Below, piece by piece: positions 1 through 10,117 of a stretch of DNA of 64,000 bases. The notes under the pieces were generated by a model. It was given only the letters and a program-made list of their open reading frames with translations. It was not told where the DNA came from and searched no databases. Every line of letters begins with the position of its first letter. Positions within the stretch are counted from its first letter, which is position 1. This DNA is from Candidatus Heimdallarchaeum aukensis. Lineage in GTDB: Archaea > Asgardarchaeota > Heimdallarchaeia > Heimdallarchaeales > Heimdallarchaeaceae. The DNA is taken from contig CP084166.1 in NCBI GenBank assembly GCA_021513695.1, forward strand, positions 1,088,001 to 1,152,000. The letters are read 5' to 3'. Position numbers and translations under genes: made by a program.

Positions 1-1
1 A

Positions 2-289
2 TTATCAGGAGGAGAACAACAACGTGTCGCTATTGCTCGAGCATTAATCAAAAAACCGAAAATTATTGTTGCGGATGAACCCACAGGAAACTTGGATTTT
101 GTGACTGGCCAAAAAATAGCTGAATTAATGCGTAATTTGAATAAAGAAGAGAAAATAACCTTCATTGTTGTAAGTCATGATCTCAACATTACTCAATATG
201 CTGATAGAGTTTTTCATCTCCGCATGGGTAAAATAGAGAAGATAGAAGAACATCCAGGAACAGTAGTATCTAATAAAGTGGAGGGATAG
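2..289 (+). CDS. ABC transporter ATP-binding protein, C-terminal part (5' end outside window)
   Basis: Translation from nt 2 gives the ABC signature [15 protein letters not shown] and Walker B IIVADEPT, followed by the annotated 65-aa tail. It lies immediately upstream of an FtsX-type permease. Confidence 0.8.
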   Translation, partial: LSGGEQQRVAIARALIKKPKIIVADEPTGNLDFVTGQKIAELMRNLNKEEKITFIVVSHDLNITQYADRVFHLRMGKIEKIEEHPGTVVSNKVEG

Positions 290-292
290 TCA

Positions 293-2776
293 ATGAAAAT
301 CATGACTAAGAAGACACTAAGAGAGATAAAGAACAATAAATTCCGTAGTTTAAGCATCGTACTTATAGTTGCAATAACTTTAGCAATGCTAGTTGGTTTA
401 CGTGCAGCAGAACCAGGTCTTTTTGCTACCTATAATTTAAATATGAGAGAACAACATGTCGCAGATGGAACATTTTCATTTACTCAAATGATTGATGAAT
501 CAAATGTTACAGCAATTTCGAACAATCAAACTTTCCTTCAACAGTCAGACATCTCGGAGATTGAAGGAAGAATATTTTACAGTACTGAATTAATATTCAA
601 TGATGAACCTTTCAAAGCATATGTTATAGGAATAGATTTTCCAAATAAACTAAATGTACTAAATATAGAGGAAAAAGCCGATGATATAACTGATGATAAC
701 ACAATTTTAGATAAAAATAACAGCTGCTTAGTTGAAACAAGATTTGCTGGCCATAAAATCAAATTTCTGGGCCAAAATGTTCCTTTGAACGCTAATCTAA
801 CTGTTAATTTTATGGGGAATGATGTAAATTTAACAGTAAAAGGGATTGCACAAGATAGTTATTACACATATCTTGTTGATGAAATATCTAAAATCCCTCT
901 TCTTGGAAATCTGGCAGTAATATGGGTAAATATTGACACTGTTAGAAATTTGTTAAATGTAAGTGATACAGCAATTAACCAAGTTTTGTTCACAGTAAAA
1001 GACAGATTCAATAAAAATATGATATATAAAGCAGTAGGACATTTAACTAATTACTTTTCAGCAAACAACGTTGAAACAAGTACAATTAAATTTACTATTT
1101 ATGATGAAACTGATGAATATAATATGTTTTTAGGTGATGCAGGGGCAGCTGATAAGGCAGGAACATTTTTTGCAACTTTAGGTTTAATCATATGTGTAGT
1201 AATCATTTCTAATACCGTCTCTAAACTTATATATTCACAAAGAAAAAACATAGGATTATTCCTAGCAATGGGGTCAAAGAAGAGAGAGATAGTTTTTCAC
1301 TATTTAGGAATCGTTATGTTTCTATCAATTATAGGTATTCTTCTAGGAATTCCCCTCGCCTTGTATCTTATAATATCAATGGTTAAAGCTACGACAAAGG
1401 TCTATGGTTTTCATTTAGTAGCTAGAACTATCCCACTTGATGAGTTTATTATTGGTACTACCGTAACTTTTGTTATATGCGCTTTGAGTTCTGTTCTAAG
1501 TTCTTTACCCATTACTAAAACGACACCTAGAGAAGCAATGAGCGTAGCTTTCTCAAGAATCACAATTACTGAAAAGACTTTAATTGAAAAATCTTTAAGT
1601 TGGATTCCTGTTCTGAATTCAATTTTTCTACGTATCCCTCTTCGAGAAGTATTTCTAAAAAAGAGAAAATCTATGATTACTATTCTAGCTCTTACAACTT
1701 CTATGATCTTTCTTATAATCTCTGCTTCTATGACTTATAATACTATTAGTTCAATGGAGAAAAATTTCGATGTTTACAACAATTTCGATGTAAAAGTTAC
1801 TTTAAGCGTACCTGTCCCTACGCAAAAAATATCTACATTCTTTAAACAAAATAGTGATAAACTAGAAAATATAACATATCACGAAATATTCTTGAGCTTT
1901 TACACAAAAATAATAAGAAACGATGAACTACTAACATGGTCTCAATTTGAATGCTATCAAACAAACTCAACTTTACGTAATTACCATGTAGTTAAGGGAG
2001 ATGTTACTGAAAAAGAGGATTTAGGTAACAGTACTATTTTTTTGGGTAAATCGCTAGCTGGAAAATACGACATTAAGATTGGAGACAAGATTAACATTGG
2101 AATCTTAGGAAATTATACAGTAGAGGTAGTAGGATTAGTAGGTGAACTAGTAGATTACTCTGTATTGTGGACAATCGAATCATTTCAAGAAAGTGGAGCA
2201 AATGCGTATTTTGGCATTCCTAACAATTATGTTAATGGAATAACATTTAATGTTAAACCAGGCACAGATCTAAAGATACTAAGAAAGATTTTCGAAGAAA
2301 ATTTCTATATTGACACTTGGACTGATCAGCAAACAGCAAAAAATTCAAGTTTAGCCTTGCTCGAATCATCTTTAGGAATATTAATGGTTTTCTTAGGAAT
2401 TGGACTAGCTATTGGCATAATATTCTCTTTTCAAACTATGTATATGTCATTTATTGACAGGCACCTTGATTTCATCGCATTTAAGGCAATGGGAACAAAA
2501 CTAAAACTTATACGGAGGATAATCTTTATCGAAAATGGTATTTTGAGCCTATTTTCCTTAGTGTTATCTGTACCTATTGGATACATTACATATCGTTGGA
2601 GTATTGATTATATGATGGGAGATACATTCTATGTTCCTTACACCATTCCATTATTTATTTGGCCAATCATTCTCTTCCTTTCACTTTCGTCAATCTATTT
2701 AGCAACATTAAGACTGATGAGAAAAATCAAGAAGATGAAACTTGCTGATGAACTGAGACAAACAGGAGTATCTTAA
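293..2776 (+). CDS. MacB/LolE-like ABC permease (FtsX family, large extracytoplasmic domains)
   Basis: The 827-aa protein has TM helices at the N terminus, the middle and the C terminus flanking long soluble loops. Two FtsX-like 4-TM blocks are present. It sits 4 nt after the ABC ATPase gene. Confidence 0.65.
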   Translation: MKIMTKKTLREIKNNKFRSLSIVLIVAITLAMLVGLRAAEPGLFATYNLNMREQHVADGTFSFTQMIDESNVTAISNNQTFLQQSDISEIEGRIFYSTELIFNDEPFKAYVIGIDFPNKLNVLNIEEKADDITDDNTILDKNNSCLVETRFAGHKIKFLGQNVPLNANLTVNFMGNDVNLTVKGIAQDSYYTYLVDEISKIPLLGNLAVIWVNIDTVRNLLNVSDTAINQVLFTVKDRFNKNMIYKAVGHLTNYFSANNVETSTIKFTIYDETDEYNMFLGDAGAADKAGTFFATLGLIICVVIISNTVSKLIYSQRKNIGLFLAMGSKKREIVFHYLGIVMFLSIIGILLGIPLALYLIISMVKATTKVYGFHLVARTIPLDEFIIGTTVTFVICALSSVLSSLPITKTTPREAMSVAFSRITITEKTLIEKSLSWIPVLNSIFLRIPLREVFLKKRKSMITILALTTSMIFLIISASMTYNTISSMEKNFDVYNNFDVKVTLSVPVPTQKISTFFKQNSDKLENITYHEIFLSFYTKIIRNDELLTWSQFECYQTNSTLRNYHVVKGDVTEKEDLGNSTIFLGKSLAGKYDIKIGDKINIGILGNYTVEVVGLVGELVDYSVLWTIESFQESGANAYFGIPNNYVNGITFNVKPGTDLKILRKIFEENFYIDTWTDQQTAKNSSLALLESSLGILMVFLGIGLAIGIIFSFQTMYMSFIDRHLDFIAFKAMGTKLKLIRRIIFIENGILSLFSLVLSVPIGYITYRWSIDYMMGDTFYVPYTIPLFIWPIILFLSLSSIYLATLRLMRKIKKMKLADELRQTGVS

Positions 2777-2825
2777 TTTCTTTTTCTTTCAAAAATTTTT
2801 TATTCCCTTTACCTTTTTTAAAATT

Positions 2826-3545
2826 ATGACTGAACTTTTATTTCGAGATGATTCATATTTAACTGAATTTAAAGCAAAGATACTTGCCATTGAAGAAAAT
2901 GCAGTGATTTTAGATAAAACAGCTTTTTCTTTTCAAGGAGGAGGACTTAAATCTGATACTGGTGTTATCACAACTTCAGAGGGAGTAGAGTTTGAAGTTA
3001 CAAAAGTTTTATCTCAGAAGGGAAAAATTTTACATTTTCTTAATCCAGCCCCTTCAGAGGATTTAGTGGGAAAGGAAATAACTGGTAAAATTGATTGGGA
3101 GAGAAGATTTAGACAGATGAGGATGCATACATGCCTTCATGCCATCTCTGGTATACTTTACAAAAAATATGGAGTTCATGTCACAGGGGGAGATATTAAA
3201 CCAGAAAAAAGCAGAGTAGATTTTGAAATAGATCATCTTAGAGAAGAACGAGTAAAAGAGATTAAGGAAGCAATAGATAAGATAATAGAAGAAGACCATC
3301 CAATAACTGTATCATATATGAAAAGAGAAGAAGCTATCAAAAATCCTGATCTCATTCGTACAAAAGTTAACCTTATTCCCGAATCTGTAAAAATCCTCCG
3401 AATTGTTGAAATAGAAGGGGTAGACATTCAAGCTGATGGGGGAGTTCATGTTAAAAGCACGAAAGAGATAGGAGAATTTATTCCTCTTAAAGCTGAAAAC
3501 AGAGGTAAAAACCATAAAAGGTTATACTTTACTGTAAAGCCCTAA
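2826..3545 (+). CDS. alaX: AlaX-like tRNA(Ala) editing deacylase (AlaRS editing-domain homologue)
   Basis: It has the HTCLHAISG (HxxxH) zinc motif and a GGVHVKSTKEIGEF block typical of the AlaX/ThrRS second additional domain. Length is about 240 aa. Confidence 0.65.
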   Translation: MTELLFRDDSYLTEFKAKILAIEENAVILDKTAFSFQGGGLKSDTGVITTSEGVEFEVTKVLSQKGKILHFLNPAPSEDLVGKEITGKIDWERRFRQMRMHTCLHAISGILYKKYGVHVTGGDIKPEKSRVDFEIDHLREERVKEIKEAIDKIIEEDHPITVSYMKREEAIKNPDLIRTKVNLIPESVKILRIVEIEGVDIQADGGVHVKSTKEIGEFIPLKAENRGKNHKRLYFTVKP

Positions 3546-3875
3546 ATTACTTTACTTCACTTTTTAAAAAAATTTAGAAGCACAACAATTACTCTGATAT
3601 AACTTGCCTTAATAAATGAATAACTTAATTTTTTTTCCTGATTGGTTCAACTATCTTAAATCCTTAAATATTCGTTAAGAATTTTTCAAGAATTTCATTC
3701 TAAAGTACTTTTTTGAAATCCTTTTTTCAAGATTCAATACACTCAAACAATTTTTTATTAAAAATGCTATATTAAATAACTACATTATAATATAGTTCTA
3801 AAAATTCTAATCCAAACTTAACCAAAACCTTAAAAATGTTTGAAAAAAACCCAACAACAAGAATAAATAGATATT

Positions 3876-4802
3876 GTGATGTACATGAACAAGTCGAAAA
3901 TTTTCGGAACACTCTTAATATTAACAATGGTAGGTTTGAGTTTAACATCCTCTTCATTAAGTAGTCTAGCTTATGATCAACTTGAAGAAGCTAATTCATT
4001 AAGAGCTACAACAGTCATAAAACCTCACGACATCATCAGCCAAGATTATCTCAACGCTTTTTCTTACTCCAGCCAAATTAGGGTTGGAAAACTCATTAAG
4101 TTTAAAGTTACAGAGCTTGAACGAACAGAGAATATTCATGTTCAAGAAGGAGATAAAAAGATAAAGAAAGGAGACAACATTATTATTAGAATCGAAGCTG
4201 ATCCAGATTTGAACCTAAACCACCCAGACCAATGGGCTCTAATTTATGTTAATGACGTTAAAGCTCTTTACACTAGAGAATCCTATCAAATTGCTCGTTT
4301 CTTCCATTACATATTACCAAAAACAGTAAATATCTCGATGGTTGATTTTGCTCAAGATTTAGATGGTTCTATGTTTGGAGATTATCCAATTGGAACAGAA
4401 GTAATCAGTTTCTTTGATTTTGTAAAATATTTCAAAGAAACAGGTGACCCAGACTTCCAAACATGGGAATTCGAAGGAAACACAGCTATTTATGAATATG
4501 ACCAAGTTATAGAAACAGGAAACACCTCACATACAAAATTGATCTACGATATGGATACAAGTTTCTTAAATGAATACTATTACTCTGAAGTTCATACTGT
4601 CAATGGTGAGGTAGTTGCTAGTGCTAACATGACATTAATTAGAACACACGGTTGGGGACTTCCATATAATGTCAGTACTTTAGTTGTGTGGATACCCATT
4701 ATGGTTTTCACATTAGGTATCATCATTGCTATCAGACTAAGAGTTGCACAAAGAATAAAAATCTACTTTGAAGCTAAAAAACTAGCAAAAAGAGAAGAAT
4801 AA
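3876..4802 (+). CDS. secreted/surface protein with C-terminal TM anchor and basic tail
   Basis: It has an N-terminal signal peptide and a C-terminal hydrophobic helix followed by RLRVAQRIK...KKLAKREE. No recognisable enzymatic motif. Confidence 0.5.
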   Translation: MMYMNKSKIFGTLLILTMVGLSLTSSSLSSLAYDQLEEANSLRATTVIKPHDIISQDYLNAFSYSSQIRVGKLIKFKVTELERTENIHVQEGDKKIKKGDNIIIRIEADPDLNLNHPDQWALIYVNDVKALYTRESYQIARFFHYILPKTVNISMVDFAQDLDGSMFGDYPIGTEVISFFDFVKYFKETGDPDFQTWEFEGNTAIYEYDQVIETGNTSHTKLIYDMDTSFLNEYYYSEVHTVNGEVVASANMTLIRTHGWGLPYNVSTLVVWIPIMVFTLGIIIAIRLRVAQRIKIYFEAKKLAKREE

Positions 4803-4926
4803 ACTTTTTATCTTTCTTTTTTATTTCCAGATTATTTTTTTGATTTTTAAGTTAATTTAGAACAAAAATAATTTTTAAATATGCCTTTCTACATCGTATT
4901 ATTTCCCTAAAAAAAGAGGTGAACAA

Positions 4927-6465
4927 ATGCCAAACATGAAAGCTAAACAAATAGATGTTAACGTTGATAATAACATTGTAATAATAAACGAAAAGACTTT
5001 AGATAAAGAGAAAATTAAACACTCTTCATATGTGAAAGTGAGGAATAAAGACAAAGAAGTTTTATGTCAAGTTGTAGCTACATCTTCATTAGTACCTGAA
5101 GGTTATGCAGGTTTAACTAATAGTATTATTGAAACATTAAAAGTAAAAGAAGAAGATGTTGTAAATATTTTTTCTAGAAAAATTCCTCAGTCGATAGAAT
5201 ATGTAAAGAAAAAAAGAATGGGAACAGTCTGGACAGAGAACCAAATTAGGCAGATTGTAAATGACATATGTGCAGGTCAATATACAGATTTAGAAATAGG
5301 AATGTTTACTCTTTCACAATATTTTATTGGATTAACAATGGATGAAATAGCCTCCTTAACAAAAAATATGGCTGAATATGGTACCACATTACAATTTGGT
5401 GAACCAGTATATGATAAACATAGTATAGGAGGGGTTCCAGGAAACAAAGTTAGCTTACTAATTGTTCCTACTGTAGCTGCCGCTGGTCTTCTGATTCCTA
5501 AAACGAGTTCACGAGCTATTACAAGCCCATCTGGAACAGCTGATACTATGGAAGTTTTAGCTGAAGTTAACTTTTCAGCAGATGAGATATTAGAAATTGC
5601 ACCGAAAGTAAGAGGAATGCTTGTTTGGGGTGGTACTTTAGATCTTTCTCCATTGGATGAAATTGTTATACACAGAGTAGAACGACCATTAAGTATAGAT
5701 CCTCACAGTCAAATGCTTGCGAGTATATTTAGTAAAAAAATCTCCACAGGAGTTGACTACTTAGTCTTAGACATGCCTACTGGAGCTGGAACTAAAATGC
5801 CTACAAAAGAAGATGCAATAAACTACGCCCATGAAGCTACAGAACTAGGTAGAAGATTAGGTATCAGAGTCGAAGCAGCATTGAGTTATGGTGATCAACC
5901 TGTAGGAAGAGCTATTGGACCAGCCTTAGAAGCTAAGGAAGCTTTGCTAACATTAGAAGGAAAAGGTTCTAAGAGTGTTCTTGAGAAAAGTATAGAATTA
6001 GCAGGTATATTATTTGAGATGGCAGGTTTAGCTCCTCCAACAAAAGGATCAGAATTAGCTTTTAAATATATCAAGAGCGGTAAAGCTAAAGAAAAGATGG
6101 AAGAAATTATAGGAGTTCAAGGAGGAGATCCGGCTATAAAACCTGAAGACATCCCTGTAGGAAGTAAAACACAAACTATTGAATCTCCCCATGATGGATA
6201 TATAGTCAAGTTATCTAATTCAGCTATAAAGAAAATAGCTTTTACAGCTGGAGCTCCTAGACACAAAGAAGCGGGTGTTTATTTGCATAAAAAAATAGGC
6301 GAATTTGTAAGGAAGGGAGAACCCTTATATACAATTTATGCAAATAGTGAAGGAAGGCTCACAGATGCAGCGAATGTAGGAGCTAATCTTCGTCCATATT
6401 CAATTGAAGGGATGATAATCCAAAGGATTTCTTCTGGACCTAGAAATCAAGATATAAAAGAGTGA
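4927..6465 (+). CDS. deoA: AMP phosphorylase / thymidine phosphorylase family protein (archaeal DeoA type)
   Basis: The 512-aa protein has glycosyltransferase family-3 / pyrimidine-nucleoside phosphorylase blocks (SIGGVPGNKVSLL, TSSRAITSPSGTADT) plus the extra N-terminal domain typical of archaeal AMPpase. A GAGG-like SD (gaggtga) lies 6 nt upstream. Confidence 0.7.
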   Translation: MPNMKAKQIDVNVDNNIVIINEKTLDKEKIKHSSYVKVRNKDKEVLCQVVATSSLVPEGYAGLTNSIIETLKVKEEDVVNIFSRKIPQSIEYVKKKRMGTVWTENQIRQIVNDICAGQYTDLEIGMFTLSQYFIGLTMDEIASLTKNMAEYGTTLQFGEPVYDKHSIGGVPGNKVSLLIVPTVAAAGLLIPKTSSRAITSPSGTADTMEVLAEVNFSADEILEIAPKVRGMLVWGGTLDLSPLDEIVIHRVERPLSIDPHSQMLASIFSKKISTGVDYLVLDMPTGAGTKMPTKEDAINYAHEATELGRRLGIRVEAALSYGDQPVGRAIGPALEAKEALLTLEGKGSKSVLEKSIELAGILFEMAGLAPPTKGSELAFKYIKSGKAKEKMEEIIGVQGGDPAIKPEDIPVGSKTQTIESPHDGYIVKLSNSAIKKIAFTAGAPRHKEAGVYLHKKIGEFVRKGEPLYTIYANSEGRLTDAANVGANLRPYSIEGMIIQRISSGPRNQDIKE

Positions 6466-6466
6466 A

Positions 6467-6961
6467 CTATTTTTTAATTTCTTTCTTTTCTTTTTTTTCA
6501 AACATCATCCTATGCATGTAAAGTGATTGATCTATAAATTTCAGTTCAAAACCCAATTTTTCCCAAAAACCTGCAACAAAAGGAGTGCATGATAAAATGA
6601 CAGTATCACTCTCGATTACTTTTTCTATAAGGAGTTCAACACATTTTTTTCCATAACCTAACCCTCTCTTATCTTCTCTAACTTCAAAAACATAAATAAT
6701 TGGCGAACCATATGTGTAAAAACTCCCATTATTTAAATCACTATCTGGAATAACCGCTGAAACTGCAATCATCTCTTCATTTAAGAAAAAGCCATAAATT
6801 TGAATAGAATCATTAATAGAAAGTTTATAAGAAGTGAAAAAAGGAAAGATCATATCTGAAACATCATCTACTTTTATAAGTACAACGTTAATCTCTTCTC
6901 TTTTAGTAATAATATCCACTTTCTTAACCTCAAATATATAATCTTTCCTCTGTAATTTCAT
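6467..6961 (-). CDS. GNAT family N-acetyltransferase
   Basis: GNAT motif A-like RGLGYGKKCVELL and a C-terminal GFWEKLGFE block. Confidence 0.6.
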   Translation of the reverse strand: MKLQRKDYIFEVKKVDIITKREEINVVLIKVDDVSDMIFPFFTSYKLSINDSIQIYGFFLNEEMIAVSAVIPDSDLNNGSFYTYGSPIIYVFEVREDKRGLGYGKKCVELLIEKVIESDTVILSCTPFVAGFWEKLGFELKFIDQSLYMHRMMFEKKEKKEIKK

Positions 6962-7034
6962 CGTTTACGGCTCCACTTTTTAGTGTAGCTAAAGAGGAAA
7001 AGGTTTTTTACTTAAGAAATTTATTTTTATAAGA

Positions 7035-8228
7035 ATGTCTCCATTTAACTTCGTAGAAGAAGCAATGATTGGAAGATCAGTGTTTAGAAACGAGTCTTCC
7101 TTGTTCCCAGAATATGTTCCTCAAGAGCTTCCCTGTAGAGAAGAAGAAATAAAGCGTTTAGCACAAAATTTCAGAATTTTAATTGAAGATGAAGGTTCTT
7201 TTTCAGTAAATGTTGCAATAGTAGGACAAGCTGGAGTAGGAAAAACAGCATTATGTAAATATACAATGGAAAGAGTAGAAGAGATAGCAAATCAAAGAAA
7301 TAGAGCAGTAAAATTTGTTTATTATAATTGTCACTCATTTAGAAGTAAAACAGCAATATTAAGAAACATCTTGACTGAGCACTTTGGAATTAGGTCCAGA
7401 GGTTTTAGTGACGAAGAAATTTTAGAGATGCTTGTCAAGAGATTATCTAAAGAAGGAATCAGGCTAATTATTGCACTAGATGAGGCAAATATGCTCGATT
7501 CACAAGATATTCTGAGTATATTTCATGCAGGAGAGTATTTCGGTTCAAAACATAGTATGATATCAACGATAATCATTTCTCGTCCTGTAGAATGGTCTTC
7601 ACTCCTCAATGTCCCTCTTTCAGGTCATATTCATGATCAAATGGACATTCAAGGTTATACACGTGAAGAAATTTTGGAAATTCTGAAATACAGAGCAGAG
7701 ATTGCTTTATATGAAACTGCTTATTCAGAAGAAACTTTGCAATTAATTGCAGACATTTCTTCAAGTTCTAGAAATGCACGTCATGGCTTAGAGATTTTGT
7801 ATCGTGCAGGTAAAATAGCAGATAGAAAAAGAGAAAAGTTCATCAAACCAGATTATATACGTGCAGCAAAAGCAGATGTTTATCCTGAATTAAGAAGAGA
7901 TGTTTTCAAAGAGCTAAAAGAACAAGAATTAGTTGCAGCTTTAGGCGTTGGAAGAAGCCTAAGAGTAGAAGGAGTTACAGCAACAACAATTGATGAAGCG
8001 TACGAATATTATATTGTGGCATGCGAAGAATTTAACATCGAAGCTAAAAGCAAGTCAACTTTTAGAAGTTCCATTGAAATATTAAATAAAGTAGGCATCT
8101 TAAGTAAATCAGTTGGGCCTATAGAAACAGGAAAAAGAGGAAGAAGAGCAAAAATCACAACCTATGATATTCCGGTTTCAGTTCTGATTGAAAGAATAGA
8201 AAATATTCTTAAACAGAAAACAATGTAA
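7035..8228 (+). CDS. orc1: Orc1/Cdc6 replication initiator
   Basis: AAA+ Walker A VGQAGVGKTA, Walker B ALDEANML and a sensor region, followed by a C-terminal winged-helix domain. Length is 397 aa, typical for archaeal Orc1/Cdc6. Confidence 0.8.
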   Translation: MSPFNFVEEAMIGRSVFRNESSLFPEYVPQELPCREEEIKRLAQNFRILIEDEGSFSVNVAIVGQAGVGKTALCKYTMERVEEIANQRNRAVKFVYYNCHSFRSKTAILRNILTEHFGIRSRGFSDEEILEMLVKRLSKEGIRLIIALDEANMLDSQDILSIFHAGEYFGSKHSMISTIIISRPVEWSSLLNVPLSGHIHDQMDIQGYTREEILEILKYRAEIALYETAYSEETLQLIADISSSSRNARHGLEILYRAGKIADRKREKFIKPDYIRAAKADVYPELRRDVFKELKEQELVAALGVGRSLRVEGVTATTIDEAYEYYIVACEEFNIEAKSKSTFRSSIEILNKVGILSKSVGPIETGKRGRRAKITTYDIPVSVLIERIENILKQKTM

Positions 8229-8266
8229 AAAAGATCGATGTAAGAAAAAATTTATACCAAATAAAT

Positions 8267-8515
8267 CTATTCAACACAGATCATAGTCATTGAATCTTTA
8301 ACTCCCTCTACAATAACTTTGTTATTTAATACTTGATTCTTCAGTTCATCCATGCTATCAAAGGTAACTTTTACAATTAGGTCATAAATTCCATATACAG
8401 CATGAATTTCGTTTACACCTTTTAACATTGACAATTTTTCACGTACTTCTTCTAATTTTCCTGGTTGAACATTTAATAGTATATATGCTGATTGAGTCAT
8501 AATATCACATCTCAA
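8267..8515 (-). CDS. stand-alone Lrp/AsnC-type RAM (ligand-binding) domain protein
   Basis: The 82-aa protein matches the AsnC C-terminal domain pattern (NVQPGKLEEV...GVNEIHAVYGIYDLIVKV). Confidence 0.6.
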   Translation of the reverse strand: MRCDIMTQSAYILLNVQPGKLEEVREKLSMLKGVNEIHAVYGIYDLIVKVTFDSMDELKNQVLNNKVIVEGVKDSMTMICVE

Positions 8516-8812
8516 ACTTATAAATCAACAAAAAAAAATGAATATAAAAGTTTAAACATCTAGACATGACTTTTTTCTTTTTCTTTTTAACGACATAAAC
8601 TAAATAATTACTAACCATCACCCATTTTACACTGAAAAACAAGGTGTGGAGCATTTAATAGACAAAAAAGATTACCATAGTGCTGTTTAGTAGTTATTCT
8701 TATTAAAAAATAAATTGGATAACAATATTATTCAGATTATATCTTGTTCGTTGAATACAAAATATTTTTATTATTACTTCTATCTAACTCCAAAAAAAGA
8801 AAAAGAAGTTTT

Positions 8813-10117
8813 TTAGGTTGCTATACGTAATTTTGTTTTACAAGTTGGGCAAGTTCCTTTTTGAATAATCCATTGATAGAGATGATTTTTGTGGAAAATA
8901 TTATCACAAGAAGGACAACGAATAGAATTCTTAAGATTATTTATGCTTTGGAAGCAAATACTACATTTAGGTTTCATTTGAGACGTACCAACAATTCTAA
9001 AATCTTTTGGAATCGAAGAAAAGTCCACTCTAATAGCGTTCTCAGGTGCGTATTCTGCTTTTTTATATTTTATAGAAGGATAAGACTCAAAACTTTGATA
9101 CTTCTTATTCTTTCTTTTTCTAAGTACAATTGATACAATTATAACAGAAATAACTAGAAATGGTGGTCCAGCATAAAGCACTATTTTCAGAAATATTACT
9201 AAAATACTCAAAAAAGACAAAAATACATCACTTTCATACCATTTTTTAATTTTGAAACTATAATCTTTTCCAAAATCAATAGGTATAGAAAAAATAGAAC
9301 TTTTTACTTTAACAAAGAATAATCTTACAATGTTCAATTCTGTAGCATGATCATAAAAAAGCATTATTGAAGCAAAAGAAGAGGAGTTCGAGTATGTTTC
9401 ATTAAAACTAATAGAAAACCATTCAGCTTTTTGAATACTTTCAGAAAGCTTTAATGAAGCAGAAATCGACGATACTGGTCCTTGATAGGTTTCAGAAAAA
9501 ATTGCATTATTAGATTGATCACACACCATTATATCCAAATTCGAAATATTTTTTCCATAAAAATTAATGTTTACATATAGTTTTTTTAATTCAGTAAAAT
9601 GGTCTGGAATTCTTTCTAAACTAAAGTATAATCGGTTTGTCTGTGCTAAGTCTATAAAAGAGTTATAAGTCCAGATTATAGGTTCAGTGAGATTCAAGTT
9701 CCATGAAAAAACAATTTCCTGAACAAATTTATTAACAAATTGTAGTATATAAATTCCAGGTTTTAATTCTTCTGTAATTAAAAAGTGCTTTTCTTTGTCT
9801 CTAGCTGTTATTAACCAATTATTTAGATTTTGCATATCTTTTTCATGGATTAATAATATACCAAGTCCAGTGTAATCATCATCTAATATAATTTCTCCCC
9901 ATTCACCAACTATAACTGAAATTTCGAGAGTTGCAGGTTCATCTAAATAGACATAATACTCTGTTTCTGAGAATGTATCATCTAGTTTCAAAGAAAAAGA
10001 TGAAGAATTCGATTCTTTTTTAATATAATCTGTAGTTCTTTCTGAAATAGCATAAGTACAAAAAAAGTAAGAAGAAAAAAGAACTAATAGTACTAGCAAA
10101 GTAATTTTCTTTTTCAT
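8813..10117 (-). CDS. type-I membrane protein with cytoplasmic RING/PHD-like cross-brace zinc finger
   Basis: It has a signal peptide (MKKKITLLVLLVLFSSYFFCTYA), a ~270-aa ectodomain, one long TM segment, then a KR-rich stop-transfer and the motif CSIC-x12-CPSC-x4-HKNH-x10-CPTC. That is eight Zn ligands with RING-like spacing. Its start overlaps the stop of the upstream vWA gene by 4 nt. Confidence 0.6.
   Translation of the reverse strand: MKKKITLLVLLVLFSSYFFCTYAISERTTDYIKKESNSSSFSLKLDDTFSETEYYVYLDEPATLEISVIVGEWGEIILDDDYTGLGILLIHEKDMQNLNNWLITARDKEKHFLITEELKPGIYILQFVNKFVQEIVFSWNLNLTEPIIWTYNSFIDLAQTNRLYFSLERIPDHFTELKKLYVNINFYGKNISNLDIMVCDQSNNAIFSETYQGPVSSISASLKLSESIQKAEWFSISFNETYSNSSSFASIMLFYDHATELNIVRLFFVKVKSSIFSIPIDFGKDYSFKIKKWYESDVFLSFLSILVIFLKIVLYAGPPFLVISVIIVSIVLRKRKNKKYQSFESYPSIKYKKAEYAPENAIRVDFSSIPKDFRIVGTSQMKPKCSICFQSINNLKNSIRCPSCDNIFHKNHLYQWIIQKGTCPTCKTKLRIAT

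Noticed and set aside
7016-7034. TTTTATAA element just upstream of orc1 considered as a TATA box
   Set aside because: It sits only about 3-10 nt from the ATG, which is too close for an archaeal TATA (about -26 from the TSS). It is not called as a promoter.
8861-9133. Plus-strand 90-aa ORF inside the RING-like gene, and the 12050-12331 plus-strand ORF inside the vWA gene
   Set aside because: Both are antisense to long motif-supported CDSs and have biased composition. They are not called.
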